The notes under the pieces are model-generated. The model did not search any database and was not told where the DNA came from. It was given only the letters and a program-made list of their open reading frames with translations. A stretch of 63,946 bases of DNA, the filler included, from Sarea resinae (lineage: Eukaryota), in assembly GCA_026026165.1 (NCBI GenBank). It is 5 parts of 5 records of this genome, joined end to end, with 100 filler letters (N's around TTAATTAATTAA, not from the genome) between each part and the next. Parts side by side here need not be neighbours in the genome. Positions count along the whole stretch, not along the records: positions 32,530 to 43,482 come from JAPEUD010000137.1; positions 43,583 to 54,214 come from JAPEUD010000138.1; 3 more parts are not named here. One strand, 5' to 3'. Shown here in pieces: positions 35,459 to 47,400 of this stretch (position 1 is its first letter; every line of letters starts with the position of its first letter). The position numbers and the translations under genes are program-made.

Positions 35459-36386
35459 TTACTGCAGAAGAGAGTCCGGAAGGGTAAAAGTGGTCTTACC
35501 TCCTGGTATGGTATACTTGGCCTTGTCCTCTCCACTCTCCGAAGCCCCTGGGGTGCCAGACTCGGCCGTGCTCGGACCCGAGAATCGGCTTGATTTGGAC
35601 TTGCCAAGTTCACCGAGAGTCTTTTCGAGAGATAGACCGTCGAAAGATGGTATAGGATTGTCCTTGAATTTCATCGGCGGCGGTTCCGTGTCTACCTCGA
35701 CAGTGACCTGGACGTAAAGATGGTCAGTTACGCCACGATCTGGTTCCAAACTGGCAGGATTTACCGCGCCGTCTTCGCAGCGGTAGTCAAGACCTACCGG
35801 CCCGTCGTTCACCAGTCCCACCTCCATCATCGCTTGGAAGACGCCATTCTTGACCTTGTCCTCTCCATAGATTTGTTGAACGGATGCGAAGAAATGGTCA
35901 TAGAGCTCCTTGGCTTGGCTTCCCTTCATCGCTTTATGGAAGTCCGGCTTGTTCTTCTTCAGCGAAGCCAACAGCGTGAACTGTGAGACTGCATGATATA
36001 AGCAAAAGATAAAAGAATCAGCAGAATCAAGGGAACCCCACCACACAGGACTTCGCCTTGGATATCTTGTACGCTTCGTTTCCACTTCCAATGCGTTAGC
36101 ATGATTTCACGGATAACTGCATATCCAGACATGCGCACTTTACCACCCGCGTCGTCCTCCCACAGTTTGACCTTCAGCACCTTTTTGGCCATGGCCTCCA
36201 CCGAATCCTTGGTGTCTTCCGGAGCCACAGCCGCAAAGACCAGCAAACCCTTGCCGATGGAGGATATCAACTCCTTGTCCACCGTGACCGACGCCGACGT
36301 GACGCGTTGGAAGATGGCTAAAAGATGTTAGATTTCCACATGTTCTGGCGCAGAGCGGGCAGGCACAGCGACGAGTCACCTTTCAT
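35459..36386 (-). CDS. DTD1: D-aminoacyl-tRNA deacylase
   Basis: MK|AIFQRV, SQFTL, KPDFH, GVFQAMM and NDGP|VT motifs; four introns. Confidence 0.93.
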
Positions 36387-37106
36387 GATGACGGTGAGGG
36401 CTAGCCAAGAGACATAGACGCCGTTGCGGGCTGCGACTTGATTATCGTCTCTCCACCAGCAAACAACTCATGTCGTCCCCACTTCAAGACACATCGTACT
36501 TGGCCGTGATATTTGATGGCAATGAAGAGAAGCAAGTAGTGCGACAGAAGACCGGCTTTGAGTCCTCGAGTTGTTTTCGGTTGTCTACTATCTACTACCT
36601 ATGACACCGGTGACGAGGAGACTAAAGGTCCGGCATCTGCTGCTTCTGGAAATGCAAGCGAATGGATGAGAATGCCAGCGGCGGAGATGTCGGCAACCGT
36701 AGAAGCACGAAGCTGCTGAGAGGTGTCGACGGCAATTACCAGAAGCACAAACGGGAACTGATGACGGTGACTCTGGTGCAATTAAATGGGAACCCGATAT
36801 GTTCTGTATCTGTAGACTAGACGTGGAGTGAATATGCAGTCCTCGTGAGCTCGAGACCAGATTTGATAGCTATACCTGCCTCATCTGCTGCTATCAAGAC
36901 CTCCGATACGCGCGCCTCATGCTCCGTCACCCTCACTTCACTTCACTTGCGACAACTAGGTATACTTCACTTCCTTGCCGCGGCCTCTAGCTCTTCCCTC
37001 ATCATCAAAGGCCCTTTCATGCTCAGCTCGTCTCCCCCACTGGTCTCTCATCCACGACTGGTGCCTCTATTTGCTGCTCAATTGCCTCTCATCCATCCGC
37101 TTCAAT

Positions 37107-39230
37107 ATGGCGCAGCGGAAGCTCCAGCAAGAGATCGATAAATGCTTCAAAAAGGTCGCCGAGGGCACCCAGGCCTTTGACTCTATCTACGAGAAGATAC
37201 AACAAACGTCAAATGCGTCGCAGAAGGAAAAGCTTGAGGATGCCCTCAAGCGGGAGATCAAGAAATTGCAGCGGCAGCGAGATCAGATCAAGGCCTGGGC
37301 GGCAAGCAATGACATCAAGGACAAAAAGCCACTCGTCGAGCAGCGGAAGCTGATAGAGTCGGTATGTGGAGAGGACATTTGGGGGCACTGTCCTGGTGTT
37401 AAGCTGACTTTGTCTCCTCTTAGCAAATGGAAAAATTCAAAGCGGTCGAAAAGGAAATGAAGACGAAAGCATATTCGAAAGAGGGATTATCAGCCGCCTC
37501 GAAGCTCGATCCGAAGGAGAAGGAGAAGCTGGAGGCATGCAATTTTCTCTCCTCGATGGTAGAAGAACTAGATCACCAGATCGAAACCTTGGAGGCCGAA
37601 GTCGAATCGTTACAGGTCAACATCAAGAAAGGCAAGAAGGATACGTCGAAAGCCGATCGAGTCGCTGAGATAGAACGAATCACTGAGCAGCACAAATGGC
37701 ATCAAGGAAAGCTCGAGCTGATATTACGATCACTGGAGAATGGCAACGTGGAGGTGGATCAGGTCAACGGACTGGAGGAGAACATCCGCTACTACGTGGA
37801 AAACAATCAGGATCCCGATTTCATGGACGATGATACCGTCTATGACGATCTGAACCTCGACGAAGACGAAGACGTGTTTGGCATGAACAACGACAACGAT
37901 CGGGTATCCTCACAAGATACACAGTCAATACAGGACGAACCGGAAAATGAAGGCCGATCTGGAAGCATACCAGGCGGCAAATCTAAACAGTCGTCAGTAT
38001 CAGATTCTCAAGCCGGACCTGCGCGGAGACCATCGACACAAATGAAATCCCCACTACCCGCATTAGCAACACTGCACACTCCGTTAACCAATGTCACCAA
38101 TGGCGCATCGAATAACACCATGAAGCCGGCACCTTTACCTACCCGTGCCCCGGGCGAGACGCTGAAATATGCTTCTGCCGCCGCAGCCGCTGCAGCGAGC
38201 GATAAGAATGGTGTTGGAATAGCGCCATTACCTCCTCCACCCACAGCCGCTTTGGCCGCAGCTGCGCATAGTGGAATCGCTCCCTTACCCCCAGCAGCAG
38301 GTGCCAAGGCTAGCGCGATCAATTCCCCCAGCCTGATCAACTCTCGTCCGGTCAGTGCAAGCCATACTCCTAACCAGAGAGCAGCTGTGCCGGCTATCGA
38401 GAACATGCAAGCGCAGTCCCGATCTCCAGCCCTGAGCCATACAAGCGCGGCGGCACCTGCCAGCGTCCCTCAGAGTCCTGCGCTAGACAAAGTAGACAGC
38501 GTGTCCGCGAAAGCTGCTCAGGGAGATACCGTAGCGAGCCCCGCCGCAAAACCACCATCGGCAAATGCAGAACAATCTCCTGACACGAAGGTGCAAACAC
38601 AGCAGGGCGCAGCTCCTCCAGCTAATGGCCCGGTCGCGACCGCACAAGACCTCGATGAATCAATATACCACCTCCCTCCTGGACTTCAAGATCTCATTCA
38701 ATCCTTCGAAACGACCAAAAGCCGTGTCTCGCTCAATCCTAGCCCATCCGTTTCGCGCCTCCTAAGCGCCTCGCACGCCATGTGCCCCGAGTCCATCGAT
38801 GCCGAAAAACCTCGCCATTACATGCCACAGACACGATATGCTACTCCCCCGCACTATCCACAAGAGCCATTGACGATATTCGAAGACCCTCGCCTCTACC
38901 AGCGTATCGATACCGACACACTATTCTACGTTTTCTATTATCGGCAAGGCACATATCAGCAATATCTGGCGGCCAAGGCATTAAAGAATCAAAGTTGGAG
39001 ATTCCACAAACAGTACCAAACGTGGTTTCAACGGCACGAGGAGCCAAAGACAATTACAGATGAGTATGAGCAGGGGACGTATCGGTTCTTTGATTATGAG
39101 AGCACATGGTATGTTGATGTTATCCCCGCGTCGGTGTTTCTCTTTACAGCAATCTGACACTTTTGGCAGGATGAATCGACGAAAACCCGACTTCAAATTT
39201 GCCTACAAGTTCCTCGAAGACGATCTATAA
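37107..39230 (+). CDS. NOT3: CCR4-NOT subunit Not3/Not5
   Basis: [13 protein letters not shown]-terminal domain; NOT box (DTLFYVFYY...[15 protein letters not shown]...[13 protein letters not shown]); two introns. Confidence 0.93.
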
Positions 39231-39848
39231 GCTCGAAATTATGGTATTGCATATTGGGCATTTTTCCATGCTCAGACTATGCAGTTTATCTGGGTCACAT
39301 AATCGTCTGTTTGTTGGTCTTTTATCTCGGCGCCAGGGATCCAATAAGACAATGGCCCCGTCCAGCGGGGGTTAGGTCTTCTCTATTTACTTTTCTTATT
39401 CCTCGAACTGCTAAAGGCAGAGGACAAATGGGGGCTGAGGGTACGGAGAACAATTCCTTCGGTCCATATGAGCCATGGATAGCATGGTCAAAGGTATATT
39501 TAGGCTTGGGCAAACCTACCCAATTAGCTCAGCCCAGCTAGGCACAGCTCACATAGCTTCAATCAACTACTTATGCCTATGATGTGATTTGATTTGTGTG
39601 AAAACAAAATATGAACAATGCGATAGAATGGGGACCGTAAAGTGGTATTATGGTCTACTATGGGTACAGGGACCGAGGCGGCCAGGGGTACTTTGCACTT
39701 CGTAACTTCGTACACGGACTTTGCGCAGAGCTGGCCGACTCGGCAAAAAGTTGGGAAGCTTCCATAACCTCGACCTCAGAAGCCGGTCTTCCACTTCTTC
39801 CACCACCCTTTACACTCAGCAATGTTGAATCTCGCAAACTCATAGCGG

Positions 39849-42311
39849 ATGTCCCTGGGAAGTCGTTTTTGCTCTCAGAGCAGGCAGGTGAGGTCTGCCG
39901 CTGACAGCCTCTTCGCAGCTCCCAGGGATCCTCTCCTGTTTCTCTACCCTCGATGGTTTTCTAGCCACGCCAGAGCAGCTTTGGATTTATCACAGCAGAC
40001 GACTGCCCGAACTGGTGACTCTCTAGCAGACCTAGCGTCCGCTAAAGGGAAAGAGGCTCCAGACTCGTCGAGCCAGATTGAAGGCCAAGGGCGGCGGGAA
40101 GGAGGGAAAGCGGCAACGGCATCATGGAATACGCCCGGTCACAGAATGAGCCTCGGTCCGACCGATTTCCCACAAGCTTCTCTTAACAAGTCTGTCGATG
40201 CCTGCTACAAGACAGAAGATAGAGGTCCCTTGCGCGTTTCCGACGATGTATCGATTGCCGAAAGCGACGTGGAGGGGATCGCCCCCCGGAGATCAATAGA
40301 TCCATCCAAGCCTCGCAGGGTCAGGAAATCGGCAAAGGGCCGCGCGAAGCACAAGGCCGACAAGTCTTTCGTCAACCAGCAGAGTAAATTCCAGAGCTAC
40401 CTCTCTATAGACTGGCGCGTGCCACTGGCGGAATTGGAAAGGCACACCGAAGAGGGCGGCAACGATCGCGTCGAGCGGGTGGAGGTTTCTCAGAAAGTGG
40501 CTCCGAAACTCAAGGAGGTTGTCAGTAGGAATGAGACGGAGATTCGATTCAAGACTGGGTGTTGTGTCCGTGTGCAGGACGGCGGTGAAAGCAATTGGGC
40601 TGTACTTTTGAGGGGCTCTTCTTCTTCAATTGACATGGCCAAAGAGCTCGTCGCTCGAGTTGTCAGCACTGGCAAGTCTCGATCAAAAACAAATCAAACG
40701 ACAAAACCATCATCCGCGCTTCCCTTGAAGAGCAACACAGACGTGTCGATGAGAACAGAGTGGAATAGATCCTCTCTAGAGCGCCAAATCAGAGCCGACA
40801 GGATACCGCGGCCGGAGAAATGGACGGTCGTGAGCTTCGCAGACTACGTAGAGCGACTCGCTCGATCAGAAGTCTCCGTTTCGATGCATCGCCATCTCTA
40901 CGCCGAAGGAGAAACTCATAAAGAACTCGTGGCAAAGCTCCTCAAAGACCTGTTGGGGGATCCGCAGAACAAACCCTACATCTCCATCCAGGCCTTCAAC
41001 TCGGCCCTTTCGTTTTTCGTCTCGCACAATATGATTGCGGCTGCACGCTTGCTTTTCGTCAAGATGGACTTGCAACAAATTGGTTTGACAACCGAGACTT
41101 TCAACATTCTCATCCGGGGCGCAGCAGCAGCAAAGGATCTTCACAACTTCACTTTTCTTCTGCGACTTATGATCAAGCGCGGTATCAAGCCGAATGGAGC
41201 TACCTGGGTTGCTTTTCTTATGGCCATTGAGACCAAAGAAGTCAAAAAGCATGTCATCAAGAGCATGTACTCCAAGGGCCTATTGCAAGATATATCGATT
41301 GTCCAGGATGTCATGGTGCAGACGATTCCGGACCACTTCTCTACTTTCCTAGACTCACAGCAACAGCAAAGCGGAGAAGGAGAGTCCAACAGCATTGAGG
41401 TCAGGGATAAAAATAACCATGTCCTCGAATTCGTCAAGCAAATCGACTCCGTCTTCCACCAGTCGTGGCTCACGGTGTACTCCTCCAACTGCCTTCTCAA
41501 CATACTTGGGTACCGCGGGCTTCTCTCACAGTGTCTCTCACTCATTGAGCTCATGCACAAGCGCAATATTTCCCCCGACGTCGTCTCGCTCAACACTCTG
41601 CTCGCACATTGTCTACACCACCACAATGCCAACGGCGCCGTCGAACTGACACGGCTCCTGACCTCACCGCCATACAACATTGTCCTCGACGATACTAGCT
41701 ATGATCTGTTGTTCATGCTGGCATGGAGATTAGGGTTCCACAACATGTCGAGGGTAGCTTGGGCGTACGCGTGTGTGGCCGGCGCCGTCTCGAATCGCAT
41801 GTTGCGCAAAGTCGCCGCTTCGCTCGCTCTTGCGAGGTCCTCTGCTTCTGATGTCCGTGATGAAGGAGACAAACGGGAAGAAGAAAATGACAAAGGATCA
41901 ACTTCCGAGTCTGATCCGGCTTCAGTCTCGTTTACGCAGTTTTTCGCTGAAGCCTTTCCGCGCGACGCCGGCCTCATCGTCGCAGGCGCAACGTCTCCCA
42001 CCGTACCCACATTGAAACCTAAATTGACTTCCACATCAATCTCCACACGGATACGCACAACAGAGTCCAACTCCAGCCCGACCTCTTTCTCAGCAACCCC
42101 CTCCAAATATCGTCCCAACCACGATCCCCACGTCGCCGCCGATCTCGCCGCCGTGTTGACCCGTCGCCCTACGCGGCCTTTCACCGAACTGCTCGAAGAG
42201 GCTCTCAAAAGAGATCGGCAATGGCGGTATCATTCCAAGACATGGCAGCTCGCGAAATCGGCGCAGTGGCGGCGAGACAATGCCTTGGACGTTGGATTTT
42301 TGCGGAGGTGA
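39849..42311 (+). CDS. Mitochondrial pentatricopeptide-repeat (PPR) protein
   Basis: PPR-like helical units (TTETFNILIRG...MIKRGIKPNGATW; PDVVSLNTLL); presequence-like N-terminus with PLLFLYPRWF; intronless 820 aa. Confidence 0.8.
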   Translation: MSLGSRFCSQSRQVRSAADSLFAAPRDPLLFLYPRWFSSHARAALDLSQQTTARTGDSLADLASAKGKEAPDSSSQIEGQGRREGGKAATASWNTPGHRMSLGPTDFPQASLNKSVDACYKTEDRGPLRVSDDVSIAESDVEGIAPRRSIDPSKPRRVRKSAKGRAKHKADKSFVNQQSKFQSYLSIDWRVPLAELERHTEEGGNDRVERVEVSQKVAPKLKEVVSRNETEIRFKTGCCVRVQDGGESNWAVLLRGSSSSIDMAKELVARVVSTGKSRSKTNQTTKPSSALPLKSNTDVSMRTEWNRSSLERQIRADRIPRPEKWTVVSFADYVERLARSEVSVSMHRHLYAEGETHKELVAKLLKDLLGDPQNKPYISIQAFNSALSFFVSHNMIAAARLLFVKMDLQQIGLTTETFNILIRGAAAAKDLHNFTFLLRLMIKRGIKPNGATWVAFLMAIETKEVKKHVIKSMYSKGLLQDISIVQDVMVQTIPDHFSTFLDSQQQQSGEGESNSIEVRDKNNHVLEFVKQIDSVFHQSWLTVYSSNCLLNILGYRGLLSQCLSLIELMHKRNISPDVVSLNTLLAHCLHHHNANGAVELTRLLTSPPYNIVLDDTSYDLLFMLAWRLGFHNMSRVAWAYACVAGAVSNRMLRKVAASLALARSSASDVRDEGDKREEENDKGSTSESDPASVSFTQFFAEAFPRDAGLIVAGATSPTVPTLKPKLTSTSISTRIRTTESNSSPTSFSATPSKYRPNHDPHVAADLAAVLTRRPTRPFTELLEEALKRDRQWRYHSKTWQLAKSAQWRRDNALDVGFLRR

Positions 42312-42939
42312 TGCGGGGGGGCCACATGGAAAGGAACGAGAGAGGGATGATGGAATGATGATGGGGCCAAGGGGAGGCTTTTGTCTATCTTGTAGGATAA
42401 TATCCCGAGTCGAAAGGAAAGATCTGGTCCATGGGAAGGGTGGTGTTGCATATAGGTCGCTGTGTATATCATATCATCTTCACAATTTCAAATCTTCAAA
42501 TCTTCACATCTTCACATCTTCACATCTTCACACCTTGTCCTTCTTCTCCTTCCATCTCCTATCTCCTACCAGGATAGATAAACCCGACCGTCTGTCTCTT
42601 CTCCACGTGATATTCATCGCCTTCGTGACCCCTTTACCCCACGCTCCCCTCTTCGCCCGTTTCGGTCTTTTTCCAAACCCGGAAAATGTTTGACGTTTGG
42701 GGGGGAGGGAGAGGGACGGGCTACGATGGATTGGAGTTTTTTCTCTGCTTGGATGATGGATGATGGATGGTAGATGGGTCGGCCATGGCGCAAGCTTCAT
42801 GGTCTTGGTCATGGTCATCATACTCGTCAATCATTAATGGAGAGTAAGAAGGAACGGGGGACGAGGCCATCATTTTCATTCAGTGCGCGGCGGAGACAGT
42901 TCCTCGCGCGGAGAGAGGCCCCGGAGAGAGAGAGGCCCC

Positions 42940-43482
42940 GGTGAGAGGGGGGGGTGGGGGGGGAGGGGGGGGGGGGGGGGGGGGGGGGGAGAGGGAGGGG
43001 GGGGGAGTAGAGGGGCCACGGACAGGGACAGGGGGACAGGGGGAGCGGGGGGCCGGCGGAGGGGAGGGGGGGATGGCGGTGGCATGTTGGTAGATAGATA
43101 AGGAGATATCTTTATGTCATTCTCGAGTACGAGGACGAGGACGAGGACGTGGACGGGGTGGTTTATGGGTATGAAGTACAGTTTGAAGCAAAGACAGGAC
43201 AGGACTCGACAGGACACGACACGACACGACACGACAGAGCAGGACAGGACACGACAAAGGGGCTCGTAGGTAGCTAGCTAGCTATTCCAACTTGTATCGT
43301 ACCACTCATCACTCATCACTTGGCAAATCAAAATCAAAATCAAAATCAAAAGTAACAGACCATAGTCATATATTCCCATCTCCTTTTCTGCCTCTTCTTT
43401 TCTTCTTTTCTTTCTATTCGAACGAGGCGAGGGCTTTCCCATCTCTCAGAGAACCGCGGGGGGGGGGGGGGGGGGGGGGGGG
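42940..43482. repeat. G-run and simple-repeat tract
   Basis: Long poly-G runs (42966-42989, 43458-43482) and (GACAC)n, (GGACA)n and (AATCAA)n arrays. Confidence 0.85.
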
Positions 43483-43582
43483 NNNNNNNNNNNNNNNNNN
43501 NNNNNNNNNNNNNNNNNNNNNNNNNNTTAATTAATTAANNNNNNNNNNNNNNNNNNNNNNNNNNNNNNNNNNNNNNNNNNNN
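43483..43582. other. Artificial contig linker
   Basis: N-TTAATTAATTAA-N. Confidence 0.99.
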
Positions 43583-44463
43583 ATCTCTCTATGTTACAAG
43601 AAAACATATACAATACATACGATATCAAGATATCCATCTCAGTGATGCGGAACGTCGCGCAGTCAATCAGTCGGACACTCAGTCAGTTAGTCAGACCGTC
43701 AGTCAATTAGTTCACAGACGCCTTTATTTTTTTTCTTTTATATTTCTTCCTTCTGGAAAAGTCTCACGTGATTACACACGTAAACGGATCGTTACTCTAG
43801 AGTAGACCTGTACGGTGCTGCGCGCCTGCGTCTTTCTTTTCTATATGTAAAGATAGAGAGGAATTCAGACGGAGAGGTAGTCAGACGAAGACAAGACAAA
43901 GAAAGGAAAAAGTCAGACGAAAAGAGCGTGCAGGCGATAGAGCTCAGAGAGGATTCGATGCTATTCCTCATATTCAGTTTCTCACTGTCCCGATTCCTAC
44001 TTGCCATTTTCGGTTTTGTTTTCTTCTTCTTCTTGTTTTGGAACGTTTTGCTTTGGCTCAGCTTGATTGATACCTTTATTTATCTCACTCTCTGTGTCTC
44101 TGCCTTCCTTCCGAGAAAGCCAACGGAAGGGTGATGATGAGAATGCTAATGATGATGGCGATGATGGAAAAGCCAATGGAACGCGGACACGAGGAAAAGA
44201 AGAAAAGAAATGAGAACGCCTCCTGAACACCAACCACAACTAAGCAAAAACACGCTCGGTTTTGGGTACATCAATGGCATGCGATGGTGGCAGACCGACC
44301 AACCGACCGATTGACCGACCGATTGACCAAGTCGGAGAGGAAGAAAAGCAAGAGACAAGAATTAATTCAGACATTGAAAAGAAATTTAGATTCTGAACCT
44401 CTCTGCCGTTCTCCTCCCGCATCTCCCCCGGCTTCAATAGTGGCACCCACTCCCTTTACACCC

Positions 44464-47400
44464 CTACTCCCTCTCCCCACTCAAACACCCCAGCGCAGAA
44501 TCCAGCTCTGCCACAACCCTCTCTTCGAGTCTATTCTCGGCCGTCGCCACCGCCGCCGTTGCCGACGCCGACGTACTCCCAGTAGAAGGTTTCTGTCGAG
44601 CGAGCTCGACCTCACGCTCATTAGTCGCGACGATGCGATCGCGAAGACCACGCCGGCCCTCCAGCCAGCCTTCGATATCGTCCTTGACCTGTGCGCGATC
44701 CCACTTCAGCTCGGCGATGTCGCTGGCCACCACCGCCGCGGCCGCGCCAGCCGCGCGGAACGTATCGAGGATGACGGAGATGAGGGCCAGTGAGTGCACC
44801 TCGGATGCCATGCCTAGCGTAATACACCCGGCCGTCGGGTCTGCGGCCGTAGGTACGGGCTTAGTGTCGAAGGCGTTGGCAGCACGCGCGAGCTGGGTGG
44901 GGAATTGGTTTAGGAACGTAGCGATTTCTGCGGCTAGGGGGCCCCCGACGGCGGTGAGGAGGTTAAGGCAGAGGGGGAGGATACCGCGAGTCCAGATGGC
45001 GTAGAGGCGGGGCCGGTTGCTGTTATTATTGTTGGGGTCGAACGGACCGATGCCCGTGGTAGAGCGGCGAAAGTAGTTCATGAGATTTGCGCTCGAAAGG
45101 TGTGCGAGGACTCCCTCGACAGCAAGTTGTTCTGCCATCGTGGGGATACTGGAGAGTTCAAACAAAAACAAAATGCTTAGTTCCCCATAGATAGGATCGT
45201 TGTCGATGCAGAGCTGATCTGACCACGAGAAGAGCGTTGTGGCGTATCGGGCCACTTGGCAGTCACAGAAGTTGGCGACGATTTGGTTGTGGAGTTTTTG
45301 GACACCTGGGATGCGTAGAGCGGTTTGGAGGATTGCGGTGATAAGGGCGAAATCAGCTGGAGATGATTGCTTTGGATCGTCATGGAGAATATTAGATAGG
45401 GAGCGAAAACCGTTGCCGACTACTACCCGAAGTATTTCGACAACCGTCCGCACTGTTTCGGGCGAAGCGGTCTTTGCTCCAGGGGATATCGAGGCAACTG
45501 ATTCTCTTCGCGAGGACTGTGAGGTAGTGTCGGGGAGATGTGGGCAGAGGGCCAAGAAGAGAATCTTGAGTAGAGTTCGAGTGTATTCGGCATCACCACT
45601 CGTCAAAGAAAGCTCGAGACTAGTGTTAGAAATTCGAATGGTATTCCATGCGATGGCTAAGATGGCTTGAACCTCTGGCACCCTTGAATTGACTTCGACC
45701 AACCGCTGCATGAGAACGAAGGCAAAATCGGCTCGCAATTGGACCAGCCTGCCGAATATTGTCTCGGGGAGATTGGTCTCCGAATTTGATTTCAGACAGT
45801 CGCCGACAACCTTAGCCATGGACTTTTGAAGCTTGATTTCCGAGGAAAGTATACTGCTCAGCTCCATTGCAAGGAACTTCCAACCATGAAGAAGAAACTA
45901 GTTATGGTAATGAGCACTCATTCAAGCGTACACAAAAGGAAAAGCAAAGCTTACCACTTGAGACTCCACGACTGACAAATTAACATTGGCCCTGGCAACC
46001 TCTTCGGCGAAGCCTTGATTCTTCGGTCCGGTCCAAGCACGGTCGAAACTCAACATTTTGCCTGCCAGTTCAAGATCATAGAAGTATTCGCGTCCGAACT
46101 GCTTCCTCTGGAGTAAAGTGCGTTTAAAGCTTAAAAGGCTACATCCAGGGAATTTCATCTCAAAGTTCCTACGCAAGTTTGCATGAAGTGAAGTGTTGTA
46201 GCCCGGAACAGTGACTGCATTGTCCGTGAAATAAGTCAAGTTCGTGGCGACCTTCTTTGCGAAAGAGATGTCACCCATCTGCCTCGAGTGGTGCATATAC
46301 ATGGCCAGAATCTCGGCAATGAAGGAGGCCATTCGAGTTTTGTCGCACTTTTCCACGACCCTGGATGGAGTATGTAAAGTCCGATCAGATGCCAGGCTTC
46401 CCACAAAATTTAGTATAGCGGTCAGGAAGGTTGGATGTTTATGTAGGTCGGTCATCGCCCAAGGCCAGTAATCTTCAGCAAGCGCGACAAATTCGAGCAT
46501 TGCCAAGGCTCTTCGAGGATGTAGAGAGTGCACCTCTGACAACGCATCCAGCGCGACAGTCAGCAACGGTCTGCCCATCAATGACCGAACAGGTCCGCTG
46601 CCTTCTTCCTTCTTGAGAGAGTCCCGAGGCGTGCTTCCGGTAAGAAGGTAGATGGCGAACCATTGCTGTCGACAGCTAACGACAGCGGATAGCAAGTTCC
46701 ATATACAGACATCCAGATCGAGGTCATCGAGAGGTCTATCAAGGCTTGACAGTACGCTCAAGAAATGCTTGGCCGTTTCCGGGCCCAAGTGCCCTAATAG
46801 CGATGGTGGCTCATCATCTGTAGAGGCGGCACTAGATACTAGGGCCTCGAAAAGTGAAGCCACGGGCAGTTTGTACGTCTCGTGCGCCGCATACAGGCGC
46901 GCAAGAAGGGGAGAGGCTTTGAAAAGTTGTCGCTGCAGATGTGAAGTGGGAGACTTCAGGAGCCGTCCAACCTGGATGACCATCGTAGAGAAGTCAAGTA
47001 CAGAACGGACTTGCGCCGTCCAAAACTCTAGGTTGCATAGGAAAAGAGTGGAATTTGGTGTACCAAGTCCTTCGTAGAAGATCTTCAATAGCGGCTGTAG
47101 TGGAAGGTCATTAGAGGTAGGAGAGAGGAATATATCGAGTAGGTATTCAGCGGAAGGAGCCAAGACTGCGTTGATCTTCTTGCTCGAGTCAGTCGTGTCG
47201 TCGATACCGTACGAGTACTGAAGTATGTTGGTGAATGTGGTCGTGATTCGTGTATTGATCTCGAGTCTGTCCTCGAGAACGGCGAACCTCCAATTTGGTA
47301 GGCTCTCCAGTACACCAACCATTGTCCGCTCAAATGTGAGGAGGACCTTGCTCATGCTCCTATCAGGGACTCCAGTGCCCTGTGCCTCAGCATCCTTGAA

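Noticed and set aside
42876..43232. Poly-Pro and poly-Gly ORFs
   Set aside because: Derived from poly-G tracts.
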